Source: Squalus acanthias (taxonomy: Eukaryota). Taken from it: 64,000 nucleotides of DNA. The stretch spans positions 6,386,001 through 6,450,000 of the forward strand of contig CM059432.1 of NCBI GenBank assembly GCA_030390025.1. The letters run 5' to 3'. Positions 62,710-64,000 of the stretch are shown piece by piece. The notes under the pieces are model-generated. The model searched no databases, was not told the origin of the DNA, and worked only from the letters and a program-made list of their open reading frames with translations. Both the position numbers and the translations under genes were made by a program. The stretch's first letter is position 1, and every line of letters starts with the position of its first letter.

Positions 62710-64000
62710 GCCGATAAATCCCCAGGGCCTGATAATCTACATTCTAGGGTACTTAAGGAAGTGGCCCTAGAAATAGTAGATGCATTGCTGGTCATCTTCC
62801 AAAATTCTATAGACTCTGGGAACAGTTCCCATGGATTGGAGGGTAGCTAATGTAACCCCACTATTTAAAAAAGGTGGTAGAGAGAAAAGGGGGAATTATA
62901 GACTGGAAAACCTGACATCGGTAGTGGGGAAAATGCTGGAGGCCATTATAAAAGATGTAATAGCAGAGCACTTGGAAAACAGTGACAGGATCGGACAAAG
63001 TCAACATGGATTTACAAAAGGGAAATCATGCCTGACTAATCTACTGGAATTTTTTGAGGATGCAACTGGTAAAATAGATAACGGAGAACCAGTGGATGTG
63101 GTGTACTTGGACTTTTAGAAGGCTTTCGATAAGGTCCCGCATAAGAGATTAGCGTGCAAAGTTAAAGCACATGGGATTGGGGGTCAGGTACTGACTTGGA
63201 TAGAAAACAGGTTGGCAGACAGGAAGCAAAGAGTTGGAATAAACGGGTCTTTTTCCGAGTGGCAGGCAGTGACTAGTGAAGTCCCGCAGGGATCGGTGCT
63301 AGGACGCGTTATTCACAATATATATTAATGATCTAGACGAGGGAACTAGATGTAATATCTCCAAGTTTGCAGACGACACAAAGCTGGGTGGGCGTGTGTG
63401 CTGTGAGGAGGATGCAGAGAAACTCCAGTATGATTTGGACAGGTTGGGTGATTGGGCAGATGCAGTATAATGTGGATAAATGTGAGGTTATCCACTTTGG
63501 TGGCAAAAACAGGAAGGCAGATTATTATCTGAACGGCAATAGATTGGAAAAAGGGGAAGTACAACGAGACCTGGGTGTCCTTGTGCACCAGTCACTGAAG
63601 GTAAGCATGCAGGTGCAGCAGGCGGTTAAGAAGGCAAATGGTATGTTGGCCTTCATAGCGAGAGGATTCGAGTACAGGAGCAAGGATGTCTTGCTGCAGT
63701 TGTACAGGGCCTTGGTGAGACCACACCTTGAGTATTGTGTGCAGTTTTGGTCGCCTTATCTGAGGAAGGATGTTCTTGCCATGGAGGGAGTGCAGCGAAG
63801 ATTCACCAGACTGATACCTGGGATGGCAGGAATGACGTATGAAGAGAGATTGGGTCGATTAGGCTTATATTCGCTAGAGGTTCGAAGAATGAGAGGGGAT
63901 CTCATTGAAACTTATAAAATTCTAACAGGACTAGACAGACTAGATGCAGGAAGGCTGTTCCCGATGGCGGGGGAGTCCAGAACCAGGGGTCACAGTCTAA
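62710..64000 (+). mobile_element. CR1 RT region running off the window
   Basis: DWRVANVTPLFKKG, QHGFTKGKSCLTNLLEFFE and FADDTK motifs; a stop and frameshifts. Confidence 0.93.

Noticed and set aside
42178..64000. Next VPS13B exon (expected to contain a GWVSWAWSFVP-like peptide)
   Set aside because: No such peptide seen. The ORF at 57851-58102 (LLSWLLSCVAWG) is only superficially similar and runs into the Penelope insert.
1..64000. CRISPR arrays, operons or other prokaryotic/viral systems
   Set aside because: No regularly spaced repeats, dense ORFs or viral genes; the window is vertebrate intron/exon DNA.

Overview
Eukaryotic, repeat-rich DNA from a cartilaginous fish (shark-type SINE/LINE repertoire; the taxon is my inference). 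The whole window lies inside one + strand gene, VPS13B (COH1). Four coding exons (121, 168, 182 and 175 bp; equivalent to human exons 4-7) have canonical AG/GT ends and join in frame. The next exon is not in the window. The introns hold CR1, L2, RTE and Penelope-like retroelements, two tRNA-derived SINE families, and hAT, Tc1/pogo and PIF/Harbinger-like MITEs. Most unusual observations: (1) three separate templated insertions in which unique intronic sequence from elsewhere in the locus was copied into SINEs, one being a ~1.1 kb inverted duplication that brackets the first exon; (2) Harbinger-like MITEs that keep hairpins at the same positions while their sequence differs; (3) a Penelope-derived palindrome carrying minimal hammerhead-ribozyme cores; (4) a very young, almost intact CR1 ORF2. 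I see no convincing new protein-coding system. All repeat-family names come from recall, not from a database search, and repeat boundaries are approximate unless TIR/TSD positions are given.
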